DNA of 64,000 nucleotides from Actinomycetota bacterium. Lineage in GTDB: Bacteria; Actinomycetota; Coriobacteriia; Anaerosomatales; SLCP01. A model generated the notes under the pieces. The model saw only the letters and a program-made list of their open reading frames with translations. It did no database searches and was not told the DNA's origin. Numbering within the stretch: position 1 is the stretch's first letter; each line of letters begins with the position of its first letter. Where the stretch lies: the NCBI GenBank assembly GCA_037446725.1, contig JBBIIC010000006.1, positions 424-64,423 on the forward strand. The letters are read 5' to 3'. This document shows, one piece after another, positions 49,609 to 58,938 of the stretch. The position numbers were made by a program, and so were the translations under genes.

Positions 49609-50910
49609 ATGGATCTGAAGATCGCGCTGGACACCGTCTGGGTCCTCGTGGCCGGGATGCTGGTGTTCTTCATGAACCTCGGCTTCGGACTCGTGGAGTC
49701 GGGATTCACCAGGGCAAAGAACACGGTCAACATCATCTCGAAGAACTTCATCGTCTTTGCGGTGGCGACCATCGCCTTCTTCGTCGTCGGCTGGGGGCTG
49801 ATGTTCGGGGACGGCAACGGGTTCTTCGGCACTCAGGGGCTCTTCATGCTGAGCGGGGCGGACAACAGCCCCGCGGTCGCCGAGGCCTACGAAGGAGTCT
49901 ACTCGGCCATCAGCTGGACCGGCGTACCGCTGCTGGCGAAGTTCTTCTTCCAGCTCGTGTTCGCGGGGACGGCGGCGACCATAGTGTCCGGTGCCGTGGC
50001 AGAGCGCATCAAGTACGTGTCGTTCATCGTCTTCTCGTTCGTGCTCGTCGCGTTCGTCTACCCGGTCGTCGGCCACTGGATCTGGGGCGGCGGATGGCTC
50101 GCTGAGCTTGGCTTCTGGGACTTCGCCGGCTCGACCGTGGTGCACTCGACCGGTGCGTGGGCCGCGCTCGCGGGCGTGCTCGTACTCGGGCCGCGTCTGG
50201 GCAAGTTCGGCAAGGACGGCAAGGCGCGTGTCATCCCCGGGCACAACATGACCTCGGCGATGACCGGCGCGATGGTCCTGTGGTTCGGCTGGTTCGGCTT
50301 CAATCCGGGCAGCACGATGGCGGCCGACCCCGGCGCCATCTCGCACATCATCGTGACCACGACTTTCGCGGCGGCGGCCGGCGCGCTCGCCGCCACGGTT
50401 CTCGCCTGGACCATCCTCGGCAAGCCCGATATCGGCATGACCATCAACGGCGCTCTCGGCGGGCTCGTGAGCATCACCGCCGGTTGCGCCTTCGTGAGCC
50501 CCGGCAGCTCGCTCATCATCGGCGCGATCGCAGGTGCGATCATCGTGCTGGGTGTCCTGCTGCTCGACCGGGTCAAGATCGACGATCCCGTCGGCGCCAT
50601 CGCCGTGCACGGGATGGGTGGCATCTTCGGCACGCTGGCAGTCGGCCTGTTCGCCCAGGACGCCATCGCTCCGGGCACGACCGGCAACGGACTTCTCTTC
50701 GGTGGCGGTTTCGGTCTGCTGTGGAATCAACTCATTGGTGTCGCGGCGGTCGGCGCCGCGGTCTTCGGCGTCTCGCTCGTGGTCTGGCTCGCCATCAAGG
50801 CGACGATCGGCGTGCGCGTCTCCGAGGAAGAGGAGATGGAAGGTCTGGACATCGGCGAGCACGGCAACCGGGCGTACCCCGACTTCGTCGTCACCGAGAC
50901 CACCTTCTAG
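49609..50910 (+). CDS. amt: Ammonium transporter
   Basis: MDLKIALDTVWVLVAGMLVFFMNLGFGLVESG, AGSTVVHSTGAW and DPVGAIAVHGMGGIFG motifs. Confidence 0.92.
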   Translation: MDLKIALDTVWVLVAGMLVFFMNLGFGLVESGFTRAKNTVNIISKNFIVFAVATIAFFVVGWGLMFGDGNGFFGTQGLFMLSGADNSPAVAEAYEGVYSAISWTGVPLLAKFFFQLVFAGTAATIVSGAVAERIKYVSFIVFSFVLVAFVYPVVGHWIWGGGWLAELGFWDFAGSTVVHSTGAWAALAGVLVLGPRLGKFGKDGKARVIPGHNMTSAMTGAMVLWFGWFGFNPGSTMAADPGAISHIIVTTTFAAAAGALAATVLAWTILGKPDIGMTINGALGGLVSITAGCAFVSPGSSLIIGAIAGAIIVLGVLLLDRVKIDDPVGAIAVHGMGGIFGTLAVGLFAQDAIAPGTTGNGLLFGGGFGLLWNQLIGVAAVGAAVFGVSLVVWLAIKATIGVRVSEEEEMEGLDIGEHGNRAYPDFVVTETTF

Positions 50911-50959
50911 GCATCTGCCTGCAGCAGCAACGACTCATCTGGCCATCGAGGTCGAGTGA

Positions 50960-51310
<351 letters not shown>

Positions 51311-51324
51311 CGCACGGCTTGCCC

Positions 51325-53484
51325 ATGCGCCGCTACACGACAGAGCGGCAGGAGCTGCTGCGAGCCGCCGTGCCGGGGACCCCCTCGGCGCGGCGGCTCG
51401 CCCGGCTCACCGACGAGATGCTCGCGGAGCTGGCCGAGGGGCCGGCCGCCGTCACGCTCCCCCGCCGCACCAGGTGGTGCCTCATCGCTCTTGGTGGATA
51501 CGGCGCCGGTGCACTCCTGCCCGAGTCCGACCTCGACCTGCTCATCGTCTCGGCCGCGGCAAGCAGCACCCTCAAGCCCTTCGTCGAGGTCTTGCTCTAC
51601 CCCCTCTGGGACGCCGGCCTGAGCGTGGGACACCAGGTGCGTTCGAGACGCGAGCAGCTGGCTGCCGTCCGCAGCGATCTCACGATCCTGACTGCCACCC
51701 TCACCGGGCGTGTCATCGCGGGAGACGAGGATCTCGGCATCCGTTTGCTCCGGGAGTGCGCCGCGGATGCGGCCAGCCGTTCGAACGCAATGCTGACGCA
51801 GTTGCGCGAGCGCCGCCGGACCGGATCGCCCTACCTGCTCGAGCCGGACCTGAAGGAGGGCGCGGGCGGGCGGCGCGACTTCGACGAACTCACGTGGACG
51901 GCGGCGGTCCTCACGGGAGCTCCCCAGTCGGACCCTTCGCCGCTCGTCTCGCTCGGTCTGCTCGGCAGCGAGGAGTACGACCGCCTCCGTCGGGCTTCCG
52001 ACACTGTGTGCTCCGCACGCTGGGAACTGCAGCTCGACGGCGCCGCCTCCCTCATGACAGAGGAAGCCGCCGGACAGCTGCGGACCGACCCCGAAGACGT
52101 CCAGCGCGCGATCGCGGACACGCACCATCTGCTTCTCCGGACCCGACGAAGGACCGCTGGCCGGGGACTCCCCGATGACGCCCCAGTATCCCCGCGCGCC
52201 TTCTTCGATCTGGTCGGTCACGGCGAGGGGGGACTGTCCGAGCTTGAGGATGCAGCCTGGGCCGGCCGACTGGACCACCTCGTTCCCGGCATGAAGGAAC
52301 TCATGACCCTGCGGCGTCCGGGCATCGCGCACACGCTGACGGTAGGTGCACACTCTCTCGTGTGTGCAACCACGAGCGCCGACATCCTTTCGAGCGCGTC
52401 ACAGGGCGGGAGCGGTGACCGGATCCTTGCCGCGTCCGCCCGCCGGGTGCTCGATCGCGAGGTGCTGTGGACCGCTGCACTCGCCCATGACGTCGGCAAG
52501 GCCCAGCCCGGACCGGATCATCCCCGGCGAGGTGCAGGATCGGCGCGGGCGGCCGCGGAACGCTTCGGGCTCGGGAGCGAGCGATCGGCACGGGTCGGTG
52601 CGCTGGTCGGGCACCATCTGCTCCTCCCTCAGGCAGCATCCGGGATCGACCTCGACGACCCGCATGCCGTCGCCGAAGTAGCCCGGGCTCTCGAAGATCC
52701 GGATCTGCTCGCGCCGCTGCACGTGCTCACGGTCGCGGACTCCCGCGCAACGGGGCCGGGCGCCTGGACGCCCTGGCACGCGGCGCTCGTCGGCACCCTC
52801 GTCAGCAGACTCGACGAGGCCTTCTCCACCGGCGCGCCCGATACCGCGATGGCAGGCCCCATCGACGCGGCCCGCCTCGATCAGCTCGCAGCACGGCTTG
52901 CGGGGGACCGGGCTCCCGGCGCTCACGTGCTGGATGTGAGCGCCGGCCCGATCGAGGGCACGTTCCTCCTGCATGTCGCCGCGGTCGACCGCCCCGGTCT
53001 GCTTGCGACCTTCGCGGGCGCGATCGCGCTCGCCGGGCTCGACATCCTCTCCGCACGCTCGGTCCCCGCGCCGCGGGAGGTCGCCGTGGACACCTTCGTC
53101 GTCACCTCGGCCACCCTCGCGCCCGTGGCAACCGAGACCTGGAGCCGCCTCGAACGGCAGCTCTCGGCGGCGCTCTCGGGACGCTTCGCGCTCGGCGTGC
53201 GACTTGCCGAGCGCAGACGCCATTACGCTCCGCGGGTGTCGGGCTCTCCGGACATCCGGATCGAGCACGAGGGGGATGGCGCGCTGCTCAAGGTGCGCGC
53301 TCCGGACCGCGTCGGGCTGCTTCACGACATCGCACGTGCGATCTCGGAGAGCGGGCTGAGCGTCCGGTCGCTCACCGCTACCTCCCGTGCGGGCTGGGCG
53401 GAAGACACCTTCCGGCTGCGTTTCGCCTCCTCGAACGGGGCGGGCGCACTCGGCCAGCTGGCGATGCGGCTGCGGGAACTCTGA
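51325..53484 (+). CDS. glnD: [Protein-PII] uridylyl/adenylyl-transferase GlnD
   Basis: Nucleotidyltransferase domain (GGYGAGALLPESDLDLLIV), HD domain (AALAHDVGK) and two C-terminal ACT domains. Conserved amt-glnK-glnD order. Confidence 0.85.
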   Translation: MRRYTTERQELLRAAVPGTPSARRLARLTDEMLAELAEGPAAVTLPRRTRWCLIALGGYGAGALLPESDLDLLIVSAAASSTLKPFVEVLLYPLWDAGLSVGHQVRSRREQLAAVRSDLTILTATLTGRVIAGDEDLGIRLLRECAADAASRSNAMLTQLRERRRTGSPYLLEPDLKEGAGGRRDFDELTWTAAVLTGAPQSDPSPLVSLGLLGSEEYDRLRRASDTVCSARWELQLDGAASLMTEEAAGQLRTDPEDVQRAIADTHHLLLRTRRRTAGRGLPDDAPVSPRAFFDLVGHGEGGLSELEDAAWAGRLDHLVPGMKELMTLRRPGIAHTLTVGAHSLVCATTSADILSSASQGGSGDRILAASARRVLDREVLWTAALAHDVGKAQPGPDHPRRGAGSARAAAERFGLGSERSARVGALVGHHLLLPQAASGIDLDDPHAVAEVARALEDPDLLAPLHVLTVADSRATGPGAWTPWHAALVGTLVSRLDEAFSTGAPDTAMAGPIDAARLDQLAARLAGDRAPGAHVLDVSAGPIEGTFLLHVAAVDRPGLLATFAGAIALAGLDILSARSVPAPREVAVDTFVVTSATLAPVATETWSRLERQLSAALSGRFALGVRLAERRRHYAPRVSGSPDIRIEHEGDGALLKVRAPDRVGLLHDIARAISESGLSVRSLTATSRAGWAEDTFRLRFASSNGAGALGQLAMRLREL

Positions 53485-53577
53485 GCCGCTCGGGGGCGTG
53501 CTGTGCCATCCTGCGTCGACGTGCCTGACGGGACGGGTATAGTCGTGCCGTGACCATCGGCGACGCGGGAGGCTGCT

Positions 53578-54159
53578 GTGACGAAGATCTACACCCGGAC
53601 CGGGGACACCGGCCAGACCTCGATCGTCGGCGGGACACGCGTACCCAAGAACAGTCCTCGCGTCGAGGCCTACGGCAGTGTGGACGAGGCGAACAGCTGC
53701 GTCGGCCTGGCGCGCGCGGCGCTCGAGGTCGCGGCCGAGGAGGATCTGCGTCTCGACGTCATCCTCGACTTCGTTCAGCATCGGCTCTTCGACTGCTCGA
53801 GCCTGCTTGCGACGCCAGCGTCGGTCCGAGCGGAGCGCGCGGACGGCCCGGCCATCGTCCCGGGGGACATCGAGCGCCTCGAGGCCTGGATCGACGAGCT
53901 CGCCGACGCCGTCGGCGAGATCGACCACTTCGTGTTGCCCGGAGGCTGCGAGGAGGCGTGCCGGCTGCACGTCGCCCGCACCGTCGTCAGGCGGGCCGAA
54001 CGCCGGATCCACGACCTCGCCGCCGAGCAGCCGGGCGAGGTGGACCAGCAGGTACTCAAGTTCGTCAACCGGCTGTCGGACCTGCTCTTCACGATGGCGC
54101 GCTACGCGAACCACGCCTACGGCGCGGGCGACGTGTTCTGGGACGCGCGCACGAGCTGA
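53578..54159 (+). CDS. PduO-type ATP:cob(I)alamin adenosyltransferase
   Basis: MTKIYTRTGDTGQTS...RVEAYGSVDEANS signature. GTG start with a GGGAGG RBS. Confidence 0.88.
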   Translation: MTKIYTRTGDTGQTSIVGGTRVPKNSPRVEAYGSVDEANSCVGLARAALEVAAEEDLRLDVILDFVQHRLFDCSSLLATPASVRAERADGPAIVPGDIERLEAWIDELADAVGEIDHFVLPGGCEEACRLHVARTVVRRAERRIHDLAAEQPGEVDQQVLKFVNRLSDLLFTMARYANHAYGAGDVFWDARTS

Positions 54160-54180
54160 GCGGCGTGTCGTCTCGCCGGG

Positions 54181-56178
54181 CTAGTACGTGTCCCCTCCTT
54201 CGAGGAGCTCCTTCACCACCTTAGGATCAGCGAGCGTCGACAGGTCGCCGAACGCCTCGGTGTCCCGCTCCCCGGCGGCTATCTTGCGCAGGATCCGCCG
54301 CATGATCTTGCCCGAGCGGGTCTTGGGCAGGTCCCGTGAGAACTGGATGTGATCGGGCTTTGCGATCGGACCGATGAGCTTGCGGACGTGGCCCGACAGG
54401 ATGGTCGCGAGGTCCTCGGACGGATGGTGCCCGTCGCGCAGGATGACGAACGCGTGGATACCCTCGCCCTTGACCGGGTGCGGGAATCCGACGACCGCCG
54501 CCTCCGACACGGCCTCGTGGCTGACGAGCGCGCTTTCGATCTCCGCGGTACCGAGGCGATGACCGGAAACATTGATGACGTCGTCGACCCGGCCGAGCAG
54601 CCAGTAGTAACCGTCGGAGTCCACACGCGCGCCGTCACCGGTGAAGTAAACGCCCGGGAACCGCTCGAAGTACACCTCTCGCATTCGCGTGTGGTCCGGG
54701 TCGCCCCAGGTCCCCCGCATCATTCCCGGCCAGGGCTCCTTGACGACGAGATACCCGCCCTCCCCCGGCTCGGCGTCGCTGCCGTCCTCGCGCAGCACCC
54801 TGGGCACCACACCGAAGAACGGCACCGTAGCGCTGCCCGGCTTGAGCGGAGTCGCACCCGGGAATGGCGTGATGAGGAATCCGCCGGTCTCGGTCTGCCA
54901 GTACGTGTCGACGACCGGCAGCTCGTCGCGGCCGATCGTGCGCCGGTACCACTGCCAAACCTCGGGATTAATGGGCTCCCCGACCGTGCCGAGAAGGCGG
55001 AGGCTCGACACGTCGTAGCGCTGCGGCCATCCTTCGCCGTGCCGCATGAGCGCGCGGATCGCCGTCGGGGCCGTGTAGAACGAGTTCACCCGGTACTTCT
55101 CGACGACCGCCCAGAACCGCCCCGGGTCCGGATAGGTCGGCACGCCCTCGAACATCAGCGCGGTGGCACCGGCCGCGAGCGGGCCGTAGACGATGTAGGA
55201 GTGCCCGGTCACCCATCCGATGTCAGCCGTGCACCAGAAGACGTCCTCGTCACGATAGTCGAACACCGTCTTGAACGTGTACAGGGCGTAGAGGAGGTAC
55301 CCCGCGGTCGTGTGCAGAACGCCCTTCGGGGTGCCGGTCGAACCGGACGTGTAGAGGATGAACAGCGGATCCTCCGCTCCCATCTCCTCGAGCACGCAGG
55401 GCCTGCGCACCTCCGGCGCCGTGATCTCCTGCTGCCACCAGGTGTCGCGCCCCGGCTCCATGTCGACGTCACCGGCGCCGCGCTTGACGACAATGCACGC
55501 TTCAACGCTCGGGCACTCGAACAGGGCCTCGTCGGCCGCAACCTTCAGCGGCACCTTGCGCCCGCCACGGATCCCCTCGTCGGCCGTGATGAGCAGCTTC
55601 GCCCCGCAATCCTGGATGCGCCCGCGCAGGGCCGAGGAGGAGAAGCCGCCGAAGATGACCGAGTGGATGGCCCCGATGCGCGCGCACGCGAGCATCGAGA
55701 TGGGCAGCTCGGGGATCATCGGCAGGTAGATGGCGACGCGGTCTCCCCGTCCGATGCCCTTCTTGCGCAACACGTTGGCGAACCTGCTGACCTCGTGGTG
55801 AAGTTGCTGGTAGGTGTAGGTCCGCGATGAACCGTCGTCGCCTTCCCAGATGAGAGCGGCCTTGTTGCGGCGCCACGTCGACAGATGGCGATCGAGGCAG
55901 TTGGCCGAGACGTTGAGCGTCCCGTCCGCGAAGAATGTGTAGTCGAGGTCGTCGAATCCGCCCCGAAGGCCGACGGTCGGCTCCTTCATCCAGTCGAGAT
56001 GCTCGCGGGCCATGTCGAGCCAGAAGCCGTCGCGCTCGGTGACCGAGCGGTCGTAGAGCTCGCGGTACCGCTCCATCCCGCCGATGACGGCATCGGCGGC
56101 GAACCCGGGCGGCGGCACCACGACGACCTCGTCTGTTGCCAGGTGTTCGATACCGCTGTCGGCGTTCTGTTCGGCCAT
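54181..56178 (-). CDS. acs: Acetyl-CoA synthetase
   Basis: 665 aa with [20 protein letters not shown] and [11 protein letters not shown] motifs. Confidence 0.92.
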   Translation of the reverse strand: MAEQNADSGIEHLATDEVVVVPPPGFAADAVIGGMERYRELYDRSVTERDGFWLDMAREHLDWMKEPTVGLRGGFDDLDYTFFADGTLNVSANCLDRHLSTWRRNKAALIWEGDDGSSRTYTYQQLHHEVSRFANVLRKKGIGRGDRVAIYLPMIPELPISMLACARIGAIHSVIFGGFSSSALRGRIQDCGAKLLITADEGIRGGRKVPLKVAADEALFECPSVEACIVVKRGAGDVDMEPGRDTWWQQEITAPEVRRPCVLEEMGAEDPLFILYTSGSTGTPKGVLHTTAGYLLYALYTFKTVFDYRDEDVFWCTADIGWVTGHSYIVYGPLAAGATALMFEGVPTYPDPGRFWAVVEKYRVNSFYTAPTAIRALMRHGEGWPQRYDVSSLRLLGTVGEPINPEVWQWYRRTIGRDELPVVDTYWQTETGGFLITPFPGATPLKPGSATVPFFGVVPRVLREDGSDAEPGEGGYLVVKEPWPGMMRGTWGDPDHTRMREVYFERFPGVYFTGDGARVDSDGYYWLLGRVDDVINVSGHRLGTAEIESALVSHEAVSEAAVVGFPHPVKGEGIHAFVILRDGHHPSEDLATILSGHVRKLIGPIAKPDHIQFSRDLPKTRSGKIMRRILRKIAAGERDTEAFGDLSTLADPKVVKELLEGGDTY

Positions 56179-56286
56179 GAGTCCTCCCGGGGTCGACTAC
56201 AACGACTACAACGTGACGCTTCCTTCAGTTCATACCCGACCAGGAATCTCGGGCTATACTCGAACTCCACCTTCGAGAGGACGGGT

Positions 56287-57117
56287 GTGGAAGCGGCGGC
56301 CAAGTACGACCTTCTTCGGGCACGTCTGAAGAACCTCAGCAGCGTGCTCGTCGCCTTCTCGGGCGGCGTCGACTCGACACTGCTTGCGGTGACCGCTCAC
56401 GCGGTGCTGGGTGAGCGGTGCCTGTCGGTGCTGGCGCGCTCGGACACCTATCCGGAGAGCGAGTGCGCATACGCCCGCGAGATCGCGGCCACGCTCGGTA
56501 TACCGCTCGTCGAGGTCGAGACGCACGAGCTGGTCGACCCCCGGTTCCGCGCGAACGAGCCCGACCGCTGCTACCACTGCAAGCATGAGCTGTTCGGCCT
56601 GCTCAGAACGCTTGCCGACCACCGGGGCCTCGCGTACGTGGCAGACGGATCGAACGCTGACGACCTGCGCGACCACCGGCCAGGAGCGACGGCCGCGCGC
56701 GAGCTCGGCATCGTCAGCCCGCTCCAGGACGCGGGCATGAACAAGGCGGACGTCAGGGCCATCGCCCGCGATCTGGGACTGCCCAACTGGGACAAGCCGT
56801 CGATGGCGTGCCTGGCGTCCCGCTTCCCCTACGGCGAGCGAATCACGGAGGACGGTCTTGCCCGGGTCGGGATCGCCGAGGACGCGCTGCGCGCCCTCGG
56901 GCTTCAGCAGTTCCGCGTTCGTTCGCACGGACCCGTCGCCCGCATCGAGGTGGACGGCGGTGAGATGGAGCGCGCGTGGCTTCTGCGCGATGCGATCGTC
57001 TCGGCCGTCCGCGCCGCCGGGTTCACGTATGTCGCGCAGGACCTCGAGGGGTACCGGAGCGGCAGTCTCAACGAGACGCTCGACGACACCCAGCATCTCG
57101 GCCGGCAGAAGACCTGA
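56287..57117 (+). CDS. larE: PP-loop ATP-dependent sulfur transferase LarE-like (TIGR00268 family)
   Basis: SGGVDS PP-loop and PSMACLASRFPYG motif. GTG start at 56287 with a GAGAGG RBS. The upstream part of the track ORF is antisense to acs. Confidence 0.75.
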   Translation: MEAAAKYDLLRARLKNLSSVLVAFSGGVDSTLLAVTAHAVLGERCLSVLARSDTYPESECAYAREIAATLGIPLVEVETHELVDPRFRANEPDRCYHCKHELFGLLRTLADHRGLAYVADGSNADDLRDHRPGATAARELGIVSPLQDAGMNKADVRAIARDLGLPNWDKPSMACLASRFPYGERITEDGLARVGIAEDALRALGLQQFRVRSHGPVARIEVDGGEMERAWLLRDAIVSAVRAAGFTYVAQDLEGYRSGSLNETLDDTQHLGRQKT

Positions 57118-57135
57118 GGCTTCGAGCGACGCGGC

Positions 57136-58497
57136 TCAGGCCGTGAGCTCGCGAATCGCTGCTCGCAGGGCGGTCGGCAGGCGCTCGGCGAGCCGGTCCG
57201 GGCGGGCCATCTGCGCAGCGATCAGGCGGGTTGCGAACGGCTTCGCAGACTGCGTGATGTCGATCTCCGGATAGATCGCCCTCGCGACACCCTCCACCGT
57301 GACGAGCGCCTTGACGAGAAGGCCGTACCCGGCGGGAATGGGCACGCGGGCATCGGCCATGATGGCGAGGAACCCGGTCGCGAAGCCCTTGATGTCCGCC
57401 GGCTTGCCCGGCACGTTCAGTGTGCGCCCCATCAGCTCCCCCACGCGCTGGCGCACCTCGCGCTGCTTGTGGTCCGGCACGACGAGTCCCAGCTTCGCGG
57501 AGTAGCAGAGCGCACGGTCCGCGTCACCGTACACGGTGGCCGCAAGCACCTGCGCGATGTGCACCCGCTCGGCCGGCTCAGTGGTGCCGACGATGCCGAA
57601 GTCGAGGTAGCAGATGCGCGAATCAGGCGTCACGAAGAGGTTCGCCGGGTGCAGGTCGGCGTGGTAGCGGCCCAGGACGAGCACCTGGCGCATGAAGACC
57701 TCCGCGCCGTGAAGCGCGAGCCGAAACGCGTCGACCCCGGCCCGGGCGGCGTCGTCGATCTCGGTCAGTCTCCAACCCTCGACGAACTCCATCGTCAGCA
57801 CGCTGCGTGCGGAGTGCGTCCAGGCGATGCGGGGCGTCATGACGAGCGGGTCGTCTCTGAAGTCGTAGGCGAAGCGATCGGACACCCGGCCTTCGTTTCG
57901 TAGGTCGAGCTCGCTCGAGAGAGAGCCTGCGAACTCCTCGAGCAGCGCGGGTGCATCGATCCGCCTCGAGAGCCCGAGCCGGTCGAGTCGCGCGAGGAGC
58001 CGGCGCGCCTCAGCGAGATCGGCCTCGATGGTCTTGGCGGCACCAGGACGCACGACCTTGACCGCGACCGGTGTGCCCGCAGGCATAACCTCACCGATGA
58101 CCGGCCTCACGTCACGCGCCAGCGTGGCCCGGTGCACCTGAGCGATCGAGGCCGCCGCGACCGGCTCGCGGTCGAAATCAGCGTACAGCACGGACAGCGG
58201 ATGCCCGAGTTCGCGGGTGATCACCGCCTCGATCTGGGCCGTCGGCGAAGGCGGCACGCGCTCTTGAAGCTGCTCGAACTCGAAGACGTACTCGGGTGGC
58301 ACCAGGTCCGGACGCACGGACGCGACCTGGCCGAGCTTGACGAAGGCAGGACCGAGGTCTTCGAGTGCCATGCGGGTAGCAGCCGCGAACGCCGCGCGGC
58401 GGGCCGAGCGTGGTGCGAATCCGAATCGCGCCGCCGGCGCGCCTGCGGCCCAGCGCCGAGTGAACGTCCGGACGATGACGCGACCGCGCCTCGACAC
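57136..58497 (-). CDS. ABC1/UbiB-family atypical protein kinase (no C-terminal TM helices)
   Basis: LGPAFVKLGQVASVRPDL, ASIAQVHRA and HADLHPANLF motifs. Confidence 0.85.
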   Translation of the reverse strand: MSRRGRVIVRTFTRRWAAGAPAARFGFAPRSARRAAFAAATRMALEDLGPAFVKLGQVASVRPDLVPPEYVFEFEQLQERVPPSPTAQIEAVITRELGHPLSVLYADFDREPVAAASIAQVHRATLARDVRPVIGEVMPAGTPVAVKVVRPGAAKTIEADLAEARRLLARLDRLGLSRRIDAPALLEEFAGSLSSELDLRNEGRVSDRFAYDFRDDPLVMTPRIAWTHSARSVLTMEFVEGWRLTEIDDAARAGVDAFRLALHGAEVFMRQVLVLGRYHADLHPANLFVTPDSRICYLDFGIVGTTEPAERVHIAQVLAATVYGDADRALCYSAKLGLVVPDHKQREVRQRVGELMGRTLNVPGKPADIKGFATGFLAIMADARVPIPAGYGLLVKALVTVEGVARAIYPEIDITQSAKPFATRLIAAQMARPDRLAERLPTALRAAIRELTA

Positions 58498-58506
58498 GGA
58501 TGCCCC

Positions 58507-58878
58507 CTATCCGGTCTCGGAGCCGTCGTCTGCGGCGAGGGTTGCGTCGAGCGTCGCCTGCATCGACTCGAGGCGGCCTCTCAGCTCGCTGACCTCGAAG
58601 AGGAGGTCGTCGAGTTTGGACTCCAGATCGGCCTTCGAGCCGGGGGGCTCCATATCGCCCGCTGCGAGCGCGGCCTTAAGGCGCTCCTTCTCCTCGGCGA
58701 CCATGGCCGAGAGACCGTCGACGAAGGCTTCCGGTCCAGCCTGCATGGCTCCCGGCTGCTGGTCCTCCCCGCGTACTACAGCCGCCTTCCAGCCCTCGTC
58801 GGCGGTCTCGTGCACGAGTGCCCACGCTGCGAGGAAACGCATGAAGCTGTCCTCCGCCACCCTGTCCACCTCCGTCAT
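58507..58878 (-). CDS. Hypothetical acidic coiled-coil protein
   Basis: 123-aa ORF located 10 nt upstream of the ABC1 kinase start. I recognise no family. Confidence 0.45.
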   Translation of the reverse strand: MTEVDRVAEDSFMRFLAAWALVHETADEGWKAAVVRGEDQQPGAMQAGPEAFVDGLSAMVAEEKERLKAALAAGDMEPPGSKADLESKLDDLLFEVSELRGRLESMQATLDATLAADDGSETG

Positions 58879-58938
58879 CGCGCCTCGGGTTGCTGCGCGC
58901 CCACCGAACAGATTATGCCCCGTACGACGGCGCGCTGC

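Noticed and set aside
52399-54114. 571-aa minus-strand ORF antisense to glnD and the PduO-type gene. Similar long antisense ORFs occur at 49591-50862, 42104-43891, 46894-48360, 62715-63860, 31876-33426, 11767-13041, 8704-10158, 6520-7911, 54349-55830 and 18518-20539.
   Set aside because: Each lies opposite a gene with unmistakable family motifs. Their translations are Arg/Gly/Asp/His-rich with no recognisable domains. This is the expected shadow-ORF artefact of about 68% GC DNA.
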